Assembly (NCBI GenBank): GCA_045538425.1
Contig: JAZSRJ010000055.1
Span: 1 to 39,912 of the forward strand
Reading direction: 5' to 3'
Origin: Clostridia bacterium
GTDB taxonomy: Bacteria > Bacillota > Clostridia > Christensenellales > UBA1242
DNA length: 39,912 bases
This document shows, one piece after another, positions 1 to 9,500 of the stretch. The notes under the pieces were generated by a model, which saw only the letters and a program-made list of their open reading frames with translations, did no database searches and was not told the origin of the DNA. The position numbers were made by a program, and so were the translations under genes. Position 1 is the first letter of the stretch; the number at the start of each line of letters is the position of its first letter.

Positions 1-276
1 CGGTGTCCCCTCTTTGCTTCTCGTCCTGCCTTTCCCTTCCTCTCGCTTTATGACCATCTTCAGCGTAGCAAGCAAGGAACTGGTTGCTTGCTACTTCCAA
101 GCGAAGCGCCGGAACGGGGTCCCCAAAACATTAAGGAAGGATAAAATATTGCGTCTCGAAAAAGTGTTCCTGCGATTGCCCGCGTGAATACTTTTTAGCA
201 ATATTTTTGAGTGGTAAGTTTTGGGGTTTGTGGCGGGCTCCCAACTGCTTAAGGAATGAGTCAGTTTTTTCGATAA

Positions 277-313
277 AAAAATACTTCCTGTGCTTTGCAC
301 GTGAAGTATTTTT
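277..313. terminator. long AT-rich hairpin, possible bidirectional intrinsic terminator
   Basis: AAAAATACTTC (277-287) pairs perfectly with GAAGTATTTTT (303-313). There is an inner GTGC/GCAC stem (290-293 / 297-300) and A/T runs on both flanks. Confidence 0.4.
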
Positions 314-347
314 CGTAAAAACTATGAATGATAACAGTTGGGAAAAT

Positions 348-370
348 AAAAAAATCCCCACCTGGGGACT
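348..370 (-). terminator. intrinsic terminator just downstream of tRNA-fMet
   Basis: A TCCCC/GGGGA stem (355-359 / 364-368) with a 4-nt loop. On the minus strand it is followed by a 7-nt T run (plus-strand A run 348-354). It lies about 10 nt after the tRNA 3' end. Confidence 0.6.
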
Positions 371-378
371 TTTTTTAT

Positions 379-455
379 TGGTAGCGGGGGCAGGACTCGA
401 ACCTGCGACCTTCGGGTTATGAGCCCGACGAGCTGCCTAGCTGCTCCACCCCGCG
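379..455 (-). tRNA. initiator tRNA-Met (tRNA-fMet, anticodon CAT)
   Basis: The reverse complement reads CGCGGGGTGGAGCAGCTAGGCAGCTCGTCGGGCTCATAACCCGAAGGTCGCAGGTTCGAGTCCTGCCCCCGCTACCA. This gives a 77-nt cloverleaf with a CAT anticodon. The three G-C pairs in the anticodon stem (GGG/CCC) and the C at the 5' end, mismatched with its partner, are typical of bacterial initiator tRNA. CCA is encoded. Confidence 0.95.
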
Positions 456-547
456 ATAATGCATTATTGTTAGACTGGATATGAAAAACTTTATAGAAGG
501 AATAAAAGATTGGATAAGAAGTTTCATCTAACAATCTATGCTTTACT

Positions 548-576
548 ATAATAGACCAATCTTCCCCTTTTGTCAA
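548..576 (-). promoter_or_regulatory. sigma-A type promoter driving tRNA-fMet
   Basis: The minus strand reads TTGACA (576-571), a 17-nt spacer, then TATTAT (553-548). This implies an approximately 85-nt leader before the tRNA 5' end. Confidence 0.5.
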
Positions 577-721
577 CCAATATTTCAAAATTTTGTGCAA
601 AATGTTGTAAAAATTATGATCATATCCTGCATTTTTCGCATTTGGTTGCCACAAAAATGTGATACAAAGGTATTATATGTAACACTTTTCCTTTTTATAA
701 CAAGGATTTTTTGGTTTTTTG

Positions 722-750
722 TTGCCAAAACAACAACTTTGTGATACACT
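722..750 (+). promoter_or_regulatory. candidate extended -10 promoter
   Basis: TTGCCA (722-727), a 17-nt spacer, then TACACT (745-750), with TG at 742-743 (TGnTACACT). Confidence 0.35.
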
Positions 751-756
751 TGTATC

Positions 757-789
757 GTGTTCTGATTCCATTAGAACACCCTCTTTTTT
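757..789 (+). terminator. terminator-like hairpin starting at the predicted +1 of the 722-750 promoter
   Basis: GTGTTCT (757-763) pairs with AGAACAC (773-779) around a 9-nt loop, followed by CCTCTTTTTT. Confidence 0.35.
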
Positions 790-798
790 GAAATAACC

Positions 799-820
799 AC
801 GTCTATATAAGAGACGTTTT
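799..820 (+). terminator. second terminator-like hairpin in the same leader
   Basis: ACGTCT (799-804) pairs with AGACGT (812-817) around a 7-nt loop, followed by TTTT. Confidence 0.3.
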
Positions 821-883
821 ACATACAATGAGCTATTGGGTATCTATACCCAGCCCCAAAATATCATATATTAGGAATGAATA

Positions 884-1549
884 ATGAAACAATTACACTT
901 ACTTGCACGACGTCAAAAACTCACGCAAGAAATGGATCAACTGAAACAAAACGAATATTATCAGTTGTATCTTACCAATCAAGAATTAAAAATTGCGAGT
1001 GATCAAAAACAACTTGACCTACACCAACAAATTAGACAACAAAAAGAACATCACTTATCTAGCAATACCTTTGAAACATATGGCAAATATAAAAAATGGG
1101 CAAAACGTTCTCTTTTAGCAACAATCGCAAAAGTATCTTTTACCGCCCTTATGCTTTGTCTTTTTCCCTCCTTTACTCTTGGAAGTATTTTGACCATCGC
1201 TACCTCTTGTTTAGGAATTACCGCTACACTTGGCGCATACAAAATCACTCGAAGTTATAAAAACAAGTATGCGAAGCAAAAGAAAGAACAATCTACCATT
1301 CTCCACAACCTAGAAAATGCTCTCTTGGAAGAAAAAGCAAAATCCCAACAATTGGCACTCACCATCTGTTGTTATGAAAAACACGCAAAACCAATTATTC
1401 ATCGTATTGAAGAATGTGAGCAAATGATACAACGAATTGACCAACAACTTGCCAATTTGTCTTATTACACAACAAAACAACCAGTCATCTCTATTCCACA
1501 ACAAGAAAGAACAGAGCATCTGGCATTCATCGAAGAAGCAACTATGTAA
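884..1549 (+). CDS. hypothetical membrane protein with N- and C-terminal coiled coils flanking a 2-TM hairpin
   Basis: 221-aa ORF with an AGGAA SD about 8 nt upstream. Q/K/E-rich heptad-like N- and C-terminal thirds. The central hydrophobic stretch is LLATIAKVSFTALMLCLFPSFTLGSILTIATSCLGITATLGAY. I recognise no family. Confidence 0.6.
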   Translation: MKQLHLLARRQKLTQEMDQLKQNEYYQLYLTNQELKIASDQKQLDLHQQIRQQKEHHLSSNTFETYGKYKKWAKRSLLATIAKVSFTALMLCLFPSFTLGSILTIATSCLGITATLGAYKITRSYKNKYAKQKKEQSTILHNLENALLEEKAKSQQLALTICCYEKHAKPIIHRIEECEQMIQRIDQQLANLSYYTTKQPVISIPQQERTEHLAFIEEATM

Positions 1550-1563
1550 TAGTTGTTTTTTTT
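1539..1563 (+). terminator. intrinsic terminator of the 884-1549 gene
   Basis: CAACTA (1539-1544) pairs with TAGTTG (1550-1555) and is followed by T8. The hairpin overlaps the stop codon. Confidence 0.5.
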
Positions 1564-1578
1564 CTTGTCCTTTTGCTC

Positions 1579-1607
1579 TTGAAAAATACAAAAAACTATG
1601 CTACAAT
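1579..1607 (+). promoter_or_regulatory. sigma-A promoter of the second coiled-coil gene
   Basis: TTGAAA (1579-1584), a 17-nt spacer, then TACAAT (1602-1607), with TG at 1599-1600. Confidence 0.55.
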
Positions 1608-1629
1608 GCTAGTAGATAGGAGAATGGAT

Positions 1630-2262
1630 ATGAATCAATTGGATATTAAGTTGAACGCCTTGCGACAAAAACAAGAAAAATTGGAAAAAGAAATCGAACA
1701 ACTTAAAAATGACCCTACGTATCTTACTTACAAAGCTTGTGAAAACAATGCAGATTATATGGATGATCAACAACAAGATTTGTGCAATAAAATACAAAAC
1801 ATCCCACCTTATGACCACACACAATATACTCGTATAGAAAAAGAAGCAAAATCTTACCGCAATATTACCATCGCCATCAACGTGTTTGGTGCAATCATGA
1901 ACGCCTGTTTTATCGGTTTTGGCATTGCCACCGGCACATTCACTTGGATGTTGCTCGCCTGCGGTCTTGGCCTTCATGCTACTGCTATTGTTCCGGGAAA
2001 AGAAAGTAAAAAATCTTATCAAACACTGGAAGAAATACGTCTTCAACAAGAACATCTTACCAAGTACAAAGAAGAACTCAAAACCATACAAAATATTAAA
2101 CACACTAATATACACAAAGTGAATGATTTGCAAAATCAAGCTTATCCAATCGTGGCTCAAATCCATGCAAAACAACAAAAATTGTTCAAAGTAAAATCCC
2201 AAATCCTGCGTATAGAAGAAGAAATGAAACAAACAACTTCTTCTCACACGCATCAACGATAA
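1630..2262 (+). CDS. hypothetical membrane protein, paralog-like to 884-1549 (coiled coil, 2 TM, coiled coil)
   Basis: The ORF track starts at TTG 1573, but that lies inside the predicted promoter. AGGAG at 1618-1622 favours ATG 1630 (ATG 1624 is too close). Same architecture as the upstream gene. Weak N-terminal similarity: LRQKQEKLEKEIEQLK here versus RRQKLTQEMDQLKQ in the upstream gene. TM hairpin: ITIAINVFGAIMNACFIGFGIATGTFTWMLLACGLGLHATAIV. Confidence 0.6.
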   Translation: MNQLDIKLNALRQKQEKLEKEIEQLKNDPTYLTYKACENNADYMDDQQQDLCNKIQNIPPYDHTQYTRIEKEAKSYRNITIAINVFGAIMNACFIGFGIATGTFTWMLLACGLGLHATAIVPGKESKKSYQTLEEIRLQQEHLTKYKEELKTIQNIKHTNIHKVNDLQNQAYPIVAQIHAKQQKLFKVKSQILRIEEEMKQTTSSHTHQR

Positions 2263-2263
2263 A

Positions 2264-2294
2264 CAAAAAAGTGCCTATGATAGGCACTTTCTTT
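2264..2294. terminator. bidirectional intrinsic terminator between convergent genes
   Basis: AGTGCCTA (2270-2277) pairs with TAGGCACT (2281-2288), with an A run upstream and a T-rich tract downstream. Confidence 0.6.
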
Positions 2295-2484
2295 ATTCCG
2301 TAGGTAATTGCGCTTCGATATCTTCTATTTGTTGTTCGAGATGTTGAAGACGATTGTTAAGATCATTGCGCTCGCTCTTTAACTTATTGAGAGATACGAA
2401 TTGTATCACAATGATAGCCACAAGTATAGCACAAATAGCCGAAAAACTAGCAATCAATATTTTCATCAGTTTTTTTGGATCCAT
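2293..2484 (-). CDS. septum formation initiator (DivIC/FtsB-like) small bitopic protein
   Basis: One N-terminal TM (ILIASFSAICAILVAIIVIQFV) followed by a short coiled coil. Its position immediately after yabP-yabQ matches the B. subtilis order yabP-yabQ-divIC. ATG 2484 is preferred over GTG 2490 because of the AAGAAGG SD. Confidence 0.5.
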   Translation of the reverse strand: MDPKKLMKILIASFSAICAILVAIIVIQFVSLNKLKSERNDLNNRLQHLEQQIEDIEAQLPTE

Positions 2485-2494
2485 AGTCACCTTC

Positions 2495-2863
2495 TTATTT
2501 GGATAATATTTTCCCTACCTTAGTAGACAAAAACTTTTTCATCCATTTTCTAATCAAATTGTACACTATGTCACAACTTTTGGCAACTAATTTGTGGATA
2601 GTTTTTATCCAAACCAATAGCCCCAAGCCAAATCCAAGAAGCGTATACCAATGTAATATTCCATCGGCAAGCACCACCACACTAAAATAATAGATCAGTC
2701 CAATGGCAAGTGTACTGACTAGATCGACAATAAGCGTCACCACCCAATTGTTGTTGGTAGTGGTACGGATACATCGAACAATACTCACAATAAGACCACT
2801 CACAAATCCAATCAACAATAGTTGTAAAAAGACAAATCCTTGACCCAATGTGTTGAAATACAT
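2495..2863 (-). CDS. yabQ: spore cortex biosynthesis protein YabQ-like membrane protein
   Basis: 122-aa polytopic membrane protein directly downstream of yabP. Size, hydrophobicity pattern and synteny fit YabQ. Confidence 0.6.
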   Translation of the reverse strand: MYFNTLGQGFVFLQLLLIGFVSGLIVSIVRCIRTTTNNNWVVTLIVDLVSTLAIGLIYYFSVVVLADGILHWYTLLGFGLGLLVWIKTIHKLVAKSCDIVYNLIRKWMKKFLSTKVGKILSK

Positions 2864-2870
2864 AATCTAC

Positions 2871-3143
2871 CTATTTGATGAGTTTTTTAAGAAGTCCTGT
2901 TTGGTAATCTAATTTGGATACAGTACCTATAATTTCTATTGTGCCATCCACCACACTTAGTTGGTTGACTTGTAGACCAGACCCACTAATAACGAGTGTC
3001 GTCTCTGGCATCACAATCACAACGGTATGATCGTTGACACTTTTTACTTTTTCTATGCCTGTCAATATAAGTTTGCTACGATTGGTCATAGTAACTGTTT
3101 GGTCTTTGATAGTTTTTTCCCCTGTCGCTTTGATTAAATTCAT
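2871..3143 (-). CDS. yabP: sporulation protein YabP
   Basis: The 90-aa protein contains TVTMTNRSKLILTGIEKVKSVNDHTVVIVMPETTLVISGSGLQVNQLSVVDGTIEIIGTVSKLDY. This matches the YabP pattern (HxVxMxNRxxLxITGVxxVxSFD...GxLxIxGxxL...GxxxIxGxIxxLxY). A GAGAGG SD is present. Confidence 0.8.
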   Translation of the reverse strand: MNLIKATGEKTIKDQTVTMTNRSKLILTGIEKVKSVNDHTVVIVMPETTLVISGSGLQVNQLSVVDGTIEIIGTVSKLDYQTGLLKKLIK

Positions 3144-3282
3144 AAGATACCTCTCTTTCTAGTATTAGCATACTATATGCAACAACCTAGCCAAATAGAA
3201 TATCCTTTTATCCTTTACTGCCTCCCTTTGATCGTGCATATTGCTATATAGATATTGTTGTGTTGTGATCTTATCTTGAACA

Positions 3283-3310
3283 TAAAAAAAAGAGCCAACA
3301 CTTAGGCTCT
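3283..3310 (-). terminator. intrinsic terminator with no obvious upstream minus-strand gene
   Basis: The minus strand reads AGAGCC-TAAGTGTT-GGCTCT followed by T8 (plus-strand arms at 3291-3296 and 3305-3310). Confidence 0.5.
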
Positions 3311-3319
3311 AGAATGAAC

Positions 3320-3360
3320 AAAAAAAATAGACGGGAGCTCTTAAGTTTTGCCCTATCTAT
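3320..3360 (-). terminator. terminator-like hairpin starting at the predicted +1 of the 3367-3395 promoter
   Basis: The minus strand reads ATAGATAGGG...CCCGTCTAT followed by T8 (plus-strand arms at 3327-3335 and 3351-3360). Confidence 0.4.
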
Positions 3361-3366
3361 ATTATT

Positions 3367-3395
3367 ATGATACCATAAAAATGAATGATTGTCAA
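3367..3395 (-). promoter_or_regulatory. near-consensus sigma-A promoter with no CDS behind it (candidate small RNA or attenuator)
   Basis: The minus strand reads TTGACA (3395-3390), a 17-nt spacer, then TATCAT (3372-3367), with an extended TG (TGgTATCAT). Confidence 0.45.
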
Positions 3396-3579
3396 TTTTT
3401 TTAATCATTTATTATTTATACCTAAAAAATGTCCATATAAAGGCTTATTTTTAACAAACATTGTTGAATTAGTCAATAAAATCATCCCAAAAAAATATTA
3501 TTTATATAATAATATTTTTTCAAATCAGTTGGGAGAATGGTTGTTGTCGTGATAGAATAAGATGTAGGTATTAGTCAAA

Positions 3580-6500
3580 ATGAAGAAAAACAAAATTATT
3601 TTATGTATCGCAAGTTTTGTATCCTTACTTATTGGAACTCTATCCATGGGTGTCCAATCTTTTTCTGTGCATGCAAGCACAATAGAAGAAGATATTCCGT
3701 TTTACCAACAAGTTGCCAATCTTGGTGAAATCACCGATTTTGGTCTTATCAATATTGAAAAAGATAGTACCGAAACACTAGAAAGTTCTATTCAATCTAT
3801 TCAGACAAGTGACGCTATGGGTACAATGGTCTACACTACCCCAACAAGCATCTACACAAGTCCATTGGAAGAAGGTAGTGGACTACTGACCAAAAGTTGT
3901 ACAACACTTGACCAACTCACCTCTCGCGATGTACAAGAATTGATGTACAACACAGATTATATGATAGAAGAAGAGACAGAGAACGAATACATTGTCCGCA
4001 ATATCTATTCTACAAAACGTCTTATTGTCTTTGAACAATTAGAAAACACATACAACGCAACTGGTGTCGCAAAAGATGACAACATGACCATCTTACAATA
4101 TGACACAATAGAAGACACGAAAAAAGCACATCAACAACTACTTGCTGATGGTATTGGTGTTGATGTAGATAGTATGATCACCACTGAAAGTTATACATAC
4201 GACTATGATTATTCTGGATACAAGAACTGGGGTGCAAAAGCTATGAATGTTGCACCATATTTGGATTATCTCAATTCTGGTTATAGTTATACAGGAGAAG
4301 TCATTGTTGCTGTACTCGATACTGGGATCTACACGCATCACGAAATGTTTCAAAACAGAATAAGACTAGACCTTGGATATAGTTTTTATTCTACCACTTA
4401 TACCTATAGTGGTTATTCTTTTGAAGACGACGATGGTCATGGTACACACGTATCTGGTATCATTGCAGGACTCACTCCAAGCAATGTCAAAATCTTACCA
4501 ATTAGAGTGCTAGGATCTGACGGTAAAGGATCTCATTCCAATATTTTAGCAGGTCTAAGTATGGTTGCAGATTATATCGATGATGGATATCATATCGTCT
4601 GTGCTAATATGAGTCTTGGTGCTAATAGTACGACAAAATTTAGTCAATCAACCATTGATTATTACGATAATCTATATGCTGGTTATAAAAACAATCAAAA
4701 CTTTAACGTTGTAAAATCTGCCGGTAACAAAGCTTGTGATACTGCATACAACCAATCGGCTTTTAGTCAAGAAGCTTTTGTTGTGTCTGCCCTACAACGT
4801 ACTACTAACAATGCATCAGGCTACACTTTCGCGTCTGGATATTCCAACTTCGGTAGCACAATTGATGTATGCGCTCCAGGGTCAATGGTTGGTTCGGCGG
4901 CTATCCCATCTACCAACACCATTGACACTGACAATTATGTCTATATGTCCGGAACTTCCATGGCAGCTCCTCAAGCAAGCGCCGCAATGGCACTAGTTGC
5001 GCTTGATTCAAAATATTATACTTCTAGCAAACCAAACTATTTTGTAGAAGATATTGAAGAAGTTATTACTTCTACTGCAACAGACTATGGCGTAACAGGA
5101 TATGGAGATAGCGGATACGGCTCTAGTGGTTGGGACCAGTACTATGGCTATGGCGTCATCAATTTTAGCAACATCTATAGTCATCTAAGTTATAATGTCA
5201 CAGACACGACTGCTCAGTATGATGGCACTTTCCACAATATCTCTGTATCCGTCACAGACACAAGCAGTTACAATATTATCTATGGTCTTTCCAAGGACGA
5301 GATCAATATCACCAATATTGCGACCAACAACACATTCAAAAACTGTACAGGTAACCCTATTCTAGTCTATTTTAGATTATCAGCGAAAGGATATCTACCT
5401 ACTTATGGTTACGGATATTTGAATATCACTGCCAACGAATCTGTCACAGTCACTATCCAAGCACAATCATTTACTTATGGACAACCAATTACATTAAACC
5501 AAACATTATTAAGTGTTAGTGGTGATTATCCTGATGATTTTGACACATCTTCCATTTCGCTATATACCACAGCAAAACAATATGATCCTGTCGGTACTTA
5601 CGAAATACATGCAAAGTGCAGTGACGCTAACTACCAAATTCAGTACACAACCGGTACTTTGTCTATTACAAAACGACCACTCACCATCTCACTCTATACA
5701 CAAAGTTTTGTCTATGGCGATGCCATCAAACTCAAAACCAATCAATATTCTATTGTAAGTGGCAATATTGTCAACAATGATTATGTCACTTGGACACTAT
5801 CAACTGCAGTAAAACAATATGATCCTGTGGGCACGTATACCTATAGTATTGCGTCTTGTAATAATGCCAATTATCAATTATCTACTTCGATGGGTACACT
5901 GAAGATTACAAGTAGACCTATTACCATCAATCTTGCCAATCAAGTATTCTTGTACAATGAAGATATCGTCCTAGATAATGAAAAATACATTATCGGTATA
6001 GGTACTCTTATGAATGACGATCAATTGGGTATTGTGCTTTCAACCACTGCTCAAAAAGGAGATGATGTTGGGCATTATGTTATTTCGTTAGCCAACTATA
6101 CCAATACCAATTATGACATCACATCTACACCTGGTATCCTAACCATCACACAAAGCAAGGTGGTCATTGAGGCATCTACACAAGTATTTACCTATGGAGA
6201 AAATATTGTATTAGACCAAACAGCCTATACAATTGTTGACGGAACATTTGACGAAACACAAGTTGTGTTTAGTCTATCCACAGAAGCAACATCTACTTCT
6301 TCTGTTGGGCATTATTTGATCACTATTACATCCAACTCCAACAATTTTACCATTGATTATAGTGGATATATAACCATTGTTCCAAGGGAAATAACCATCC
6401 AACTAAGCAATCAAAGTAGTGAGTTTGGAAAAACAGTTTCTCTTGATCATACAAAATACACGATAACACAAGGATCTATTGTTAATTCGGATCAATTGGG

Positions 6501-9500
6501 TGTTGTCCTTACCACCAACGCACATCAAAATAGTGATGTCGGTGATTATACCATTAGTCTTTTGGAGTACACCAACAACAATTACAGTGTTACTGCTCTT
6601 GATGGAAAATTGACGATTACCCAAATGGCTATTACGATCACCCTTGACAATCAATCCGGTTGTTATGGTGATACCATTATTATCAATCAATACGCTTTTA
6701 ATGTAAGTGATACTTCTATTATTTTGAGTCCAGAACAACTGGTACTTTCTACCACTGCAACGAGCGCAAGTCCTATCGGCGAGTATCCAATCACCGCAAC
6801 TTGTAGCAATACCAATTTTGTTGCTACCATTGTCAATGCTGTCTACACTATCTATCCAAGACCAATTACGTATTTTCTTCAAGAGCAAATGGTCTATTAT
6901 GGAGAGGATGTTGTTCTTGATCAAAATGGGTATTATCTCACTGCTGGATCTTTCGTCAATGACGATAGTGCCACCTTCCGTATTGTAACAGATGCACAAA
7001 AAGGTGATCCTGTTGGATACTACCCTATCTATCTAGAAGATTGGTCCAATCCAAATTATACACCTATCTATACTCAAAGTTCTTTAACTATTATGGAACA
7101 AGTAGTTCAAATCAGGGTACACAACAAAACAAGTGTTTATGGCGAACCATTCACCATTGATCAAACCGCTTATACCATCAATTATGGTACAATCTTAGAA
7201 GAAGATTTGGACGACTTTTCTCTTTATACGACAGCGACCAGTACAAGTCCTGTTGCCAGTGACTATACCATCGATATGGATTGCAACAACCCTAATTATT
7301 TGGTAGTCTATACCAGCGGTGTTTTCTCTATTACTAAGAGATCTCTAACCATAGCACTCAACACACAATCTAGTCAATATGGTGATAGCATCTCTTTGGA
7401 CAATACACAATACACCATCACGCAAGGATCTATTGTGGGAGAAGACCAACTTGGTCTTACCCTTACCACCAATGCTGTTGTGGGTAATGTAATTGGTCAA
7501 TACACCCTTAAGATGACCTCTTATAGCAACGAAAACTATACCCTCACTTGCACAGACGGTATCTTCTGTATTATTCCAAGACAACTCACGCTTACCATCA
7601 ATGACCAAACATTTGTCTATGGCGAAGCAATCGAAATCAATCAATATAGTTATGTCGTAACGAGTGGATCTATCTATGGTAGTTATGACCAATTCGTCCT
7701 TTACCAAAAAGAAGCAAGTACCAATGCTGGCACTTATGTTTTGAGTGCAAGATGTGTCAATGATAATTATGACCTTACTTCTATTGATGCAACACTAACC
7801 ATAACTCCTAGACCAATTGCTATCCAACTTCAAACCCAAACCATTCGTTATGGAGATGCATTGGATTTTGACACAACACAATATGTTGTGACAAGCGGAA
7901 GTATTATCGGTCAAGAAGACCTAGGTCTGATCTTACAAAGCACAGCTGTTGTGGGAGATCCTATAGGAGACTATACTCTATCTTTACAATCTTATACCAA
8001 TCACAACTATACCATCACAGCAACCAATAGTACTCTTACGATTAGTCCTAGACTGGTTGAAATCACCATTAGTGATCATTCTGTTGTCTATGGTGATGCT
8101 ATCGAATACAACAATATAGAATACACCCTTACACAAGGTAGTATTGTCAATAATGATACTCTTGGTATTGAGATCTATTCTACCATTACCAACAATAGCA
8201 AAGTTGGGACTTATTCGATCAAAGCAAAACTCACCAACACCAATTATCAATTGAGTTATGTGAGTGGAACTCTAACCATTACACCTAGACCAATCACGAT
8301 CCAACTAACTGATCAAAGTTTTGTCTTTGGAGATACTGTCGTCTTAGATGATTATGCTTATACTGTAACAGAAGGCAACCTAGTTGGCACAGATACTTTG
8401 AGTCCACTGCTTCTTACTAATGCAAGTACAGGAGATAATGTTGGTACTTATATCATCACAATGGAGAAAAACTACAATACCAACTATGAAGTCACAGCAA
8501 CTGATGGTATACTCACTATTACTGCTCGTCCAATCAAACTCTCTTTACTTCATCAATATGCTATCTATGGCAACGATATTGTCTTAAATCATGGAGCATA
8601 TCGAATTGATGAAGGTACTGCGATTGCTAGTAGTCCAATCCAACTAACACTCACAACAGATGCCATTGTTGGTGACAATATTGGGGATTATGCCCTAACT
8701 CTTGCTAGCAACAACAATACCAATTATGATCTCACGGTTGTGGATAGCATACTGACAATCACACAACGTACTGTCCATCTTATTGCGCATCCTTACACAA
8801 TGACTTATGGTGACACACCTAACCTTGACCAACAAGGCTATACTGTCAGTTACGGATCTATCCCTAGTGTAGATCAGTCTGCATTCGTGGTCTATACCAA
8901 TGCAACCAGTACCAATCAAGTTGGTCATAATTACACTGTCGAAATAAAATGTATTAGCAACAATTATATCTTTACCTATACTAGTGCAAAACTCACCATT
9001 GTTGCTCGCCCAATTCGTATTGCTATTGGACGCTTGTCATTTACCTATGGCGATACCATCACACTAGATAGTTGTACTTATAGTATCACCAACGGCAACA
9101 TTGTTGGCAGTGACTCTCTTGGTCTAAGTTACCAATGTCAAGCAACAACTGGAGATGGTGTTGGAGATTATCCAATTACACTAACTGGCTATACCAATAC
9201 CAATTATGATTTGACTTACACAAGCGGTACACTAACCATCACAAAACGATATGTTACTCTTCAATTGCAAGATGTTAGCAGTGTTTATGGCAATTCTATT
9301 GTCCTTAATCAAGGCGCATATACAGTCACAGAAGGTAGCATCTACGCTGGCGATGAAGAAGACTTTACCATCTATACCAACGCTACACGAACAAGCAATG
9401 TTGGGACTTACAATATTTATGTTGGTTGTAGCAACCCTAATTATACTCTATCCTCTACAGGTGCAACACTGACAATTAGTGCACGCACCATTACGATCAA

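Noticed and set aside
1-130. Collinear resemblance to 5S rRNA motifs on the minus strand (CCCGTTCC, GGAAGT..AAGC, GATGGT, GAGAG.AGG)
   Set aside because: The universally conserved CCGAAC loop-C segment and the proper helix I/IV/V pairings are missing. An extra perfect 11-bp hairpin interrupts it, and the element continues past where 5S would end. It is not a functional 5S rRNA. It is kept only as the unclassified structured element in the findings.
322-654. 110-aa minus-strand ORF, plus the overlapping small ORFs at 91-300, 131-361 and 207-422
   Set aside because: They run through the tRNA-fMet gene, its terminators and its promoter. They have no SD and their sequences are low-complexity. 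These are artefacts of an intergenic/RNA region.
1609-2256. 215-aa ORF antisense to the second coiled-coil gene
   Set aside because: It is the mirror frame of an A/G-rich coding strand, F/L/I-rich and without a start context. The sense ORF has a promoter, an SD and a terminator.
3144-3282. Possible sigma-E type promoter upstream of yabP (minus strand GATATTC ... CATATAGT)
   Set aside because: The spacer between the two elements is about 19-21 nt, longer than I remember for sigma-E promoters. I cannot support the call from sequence alone.
3313-3369. 18-aa plus-strand mini-ORF (MNKKNRRELLSFALSILL)
   Set aside because: It has no SD and lies inside the minus-strand terminator hairpins, so it is most likely fortuitous.
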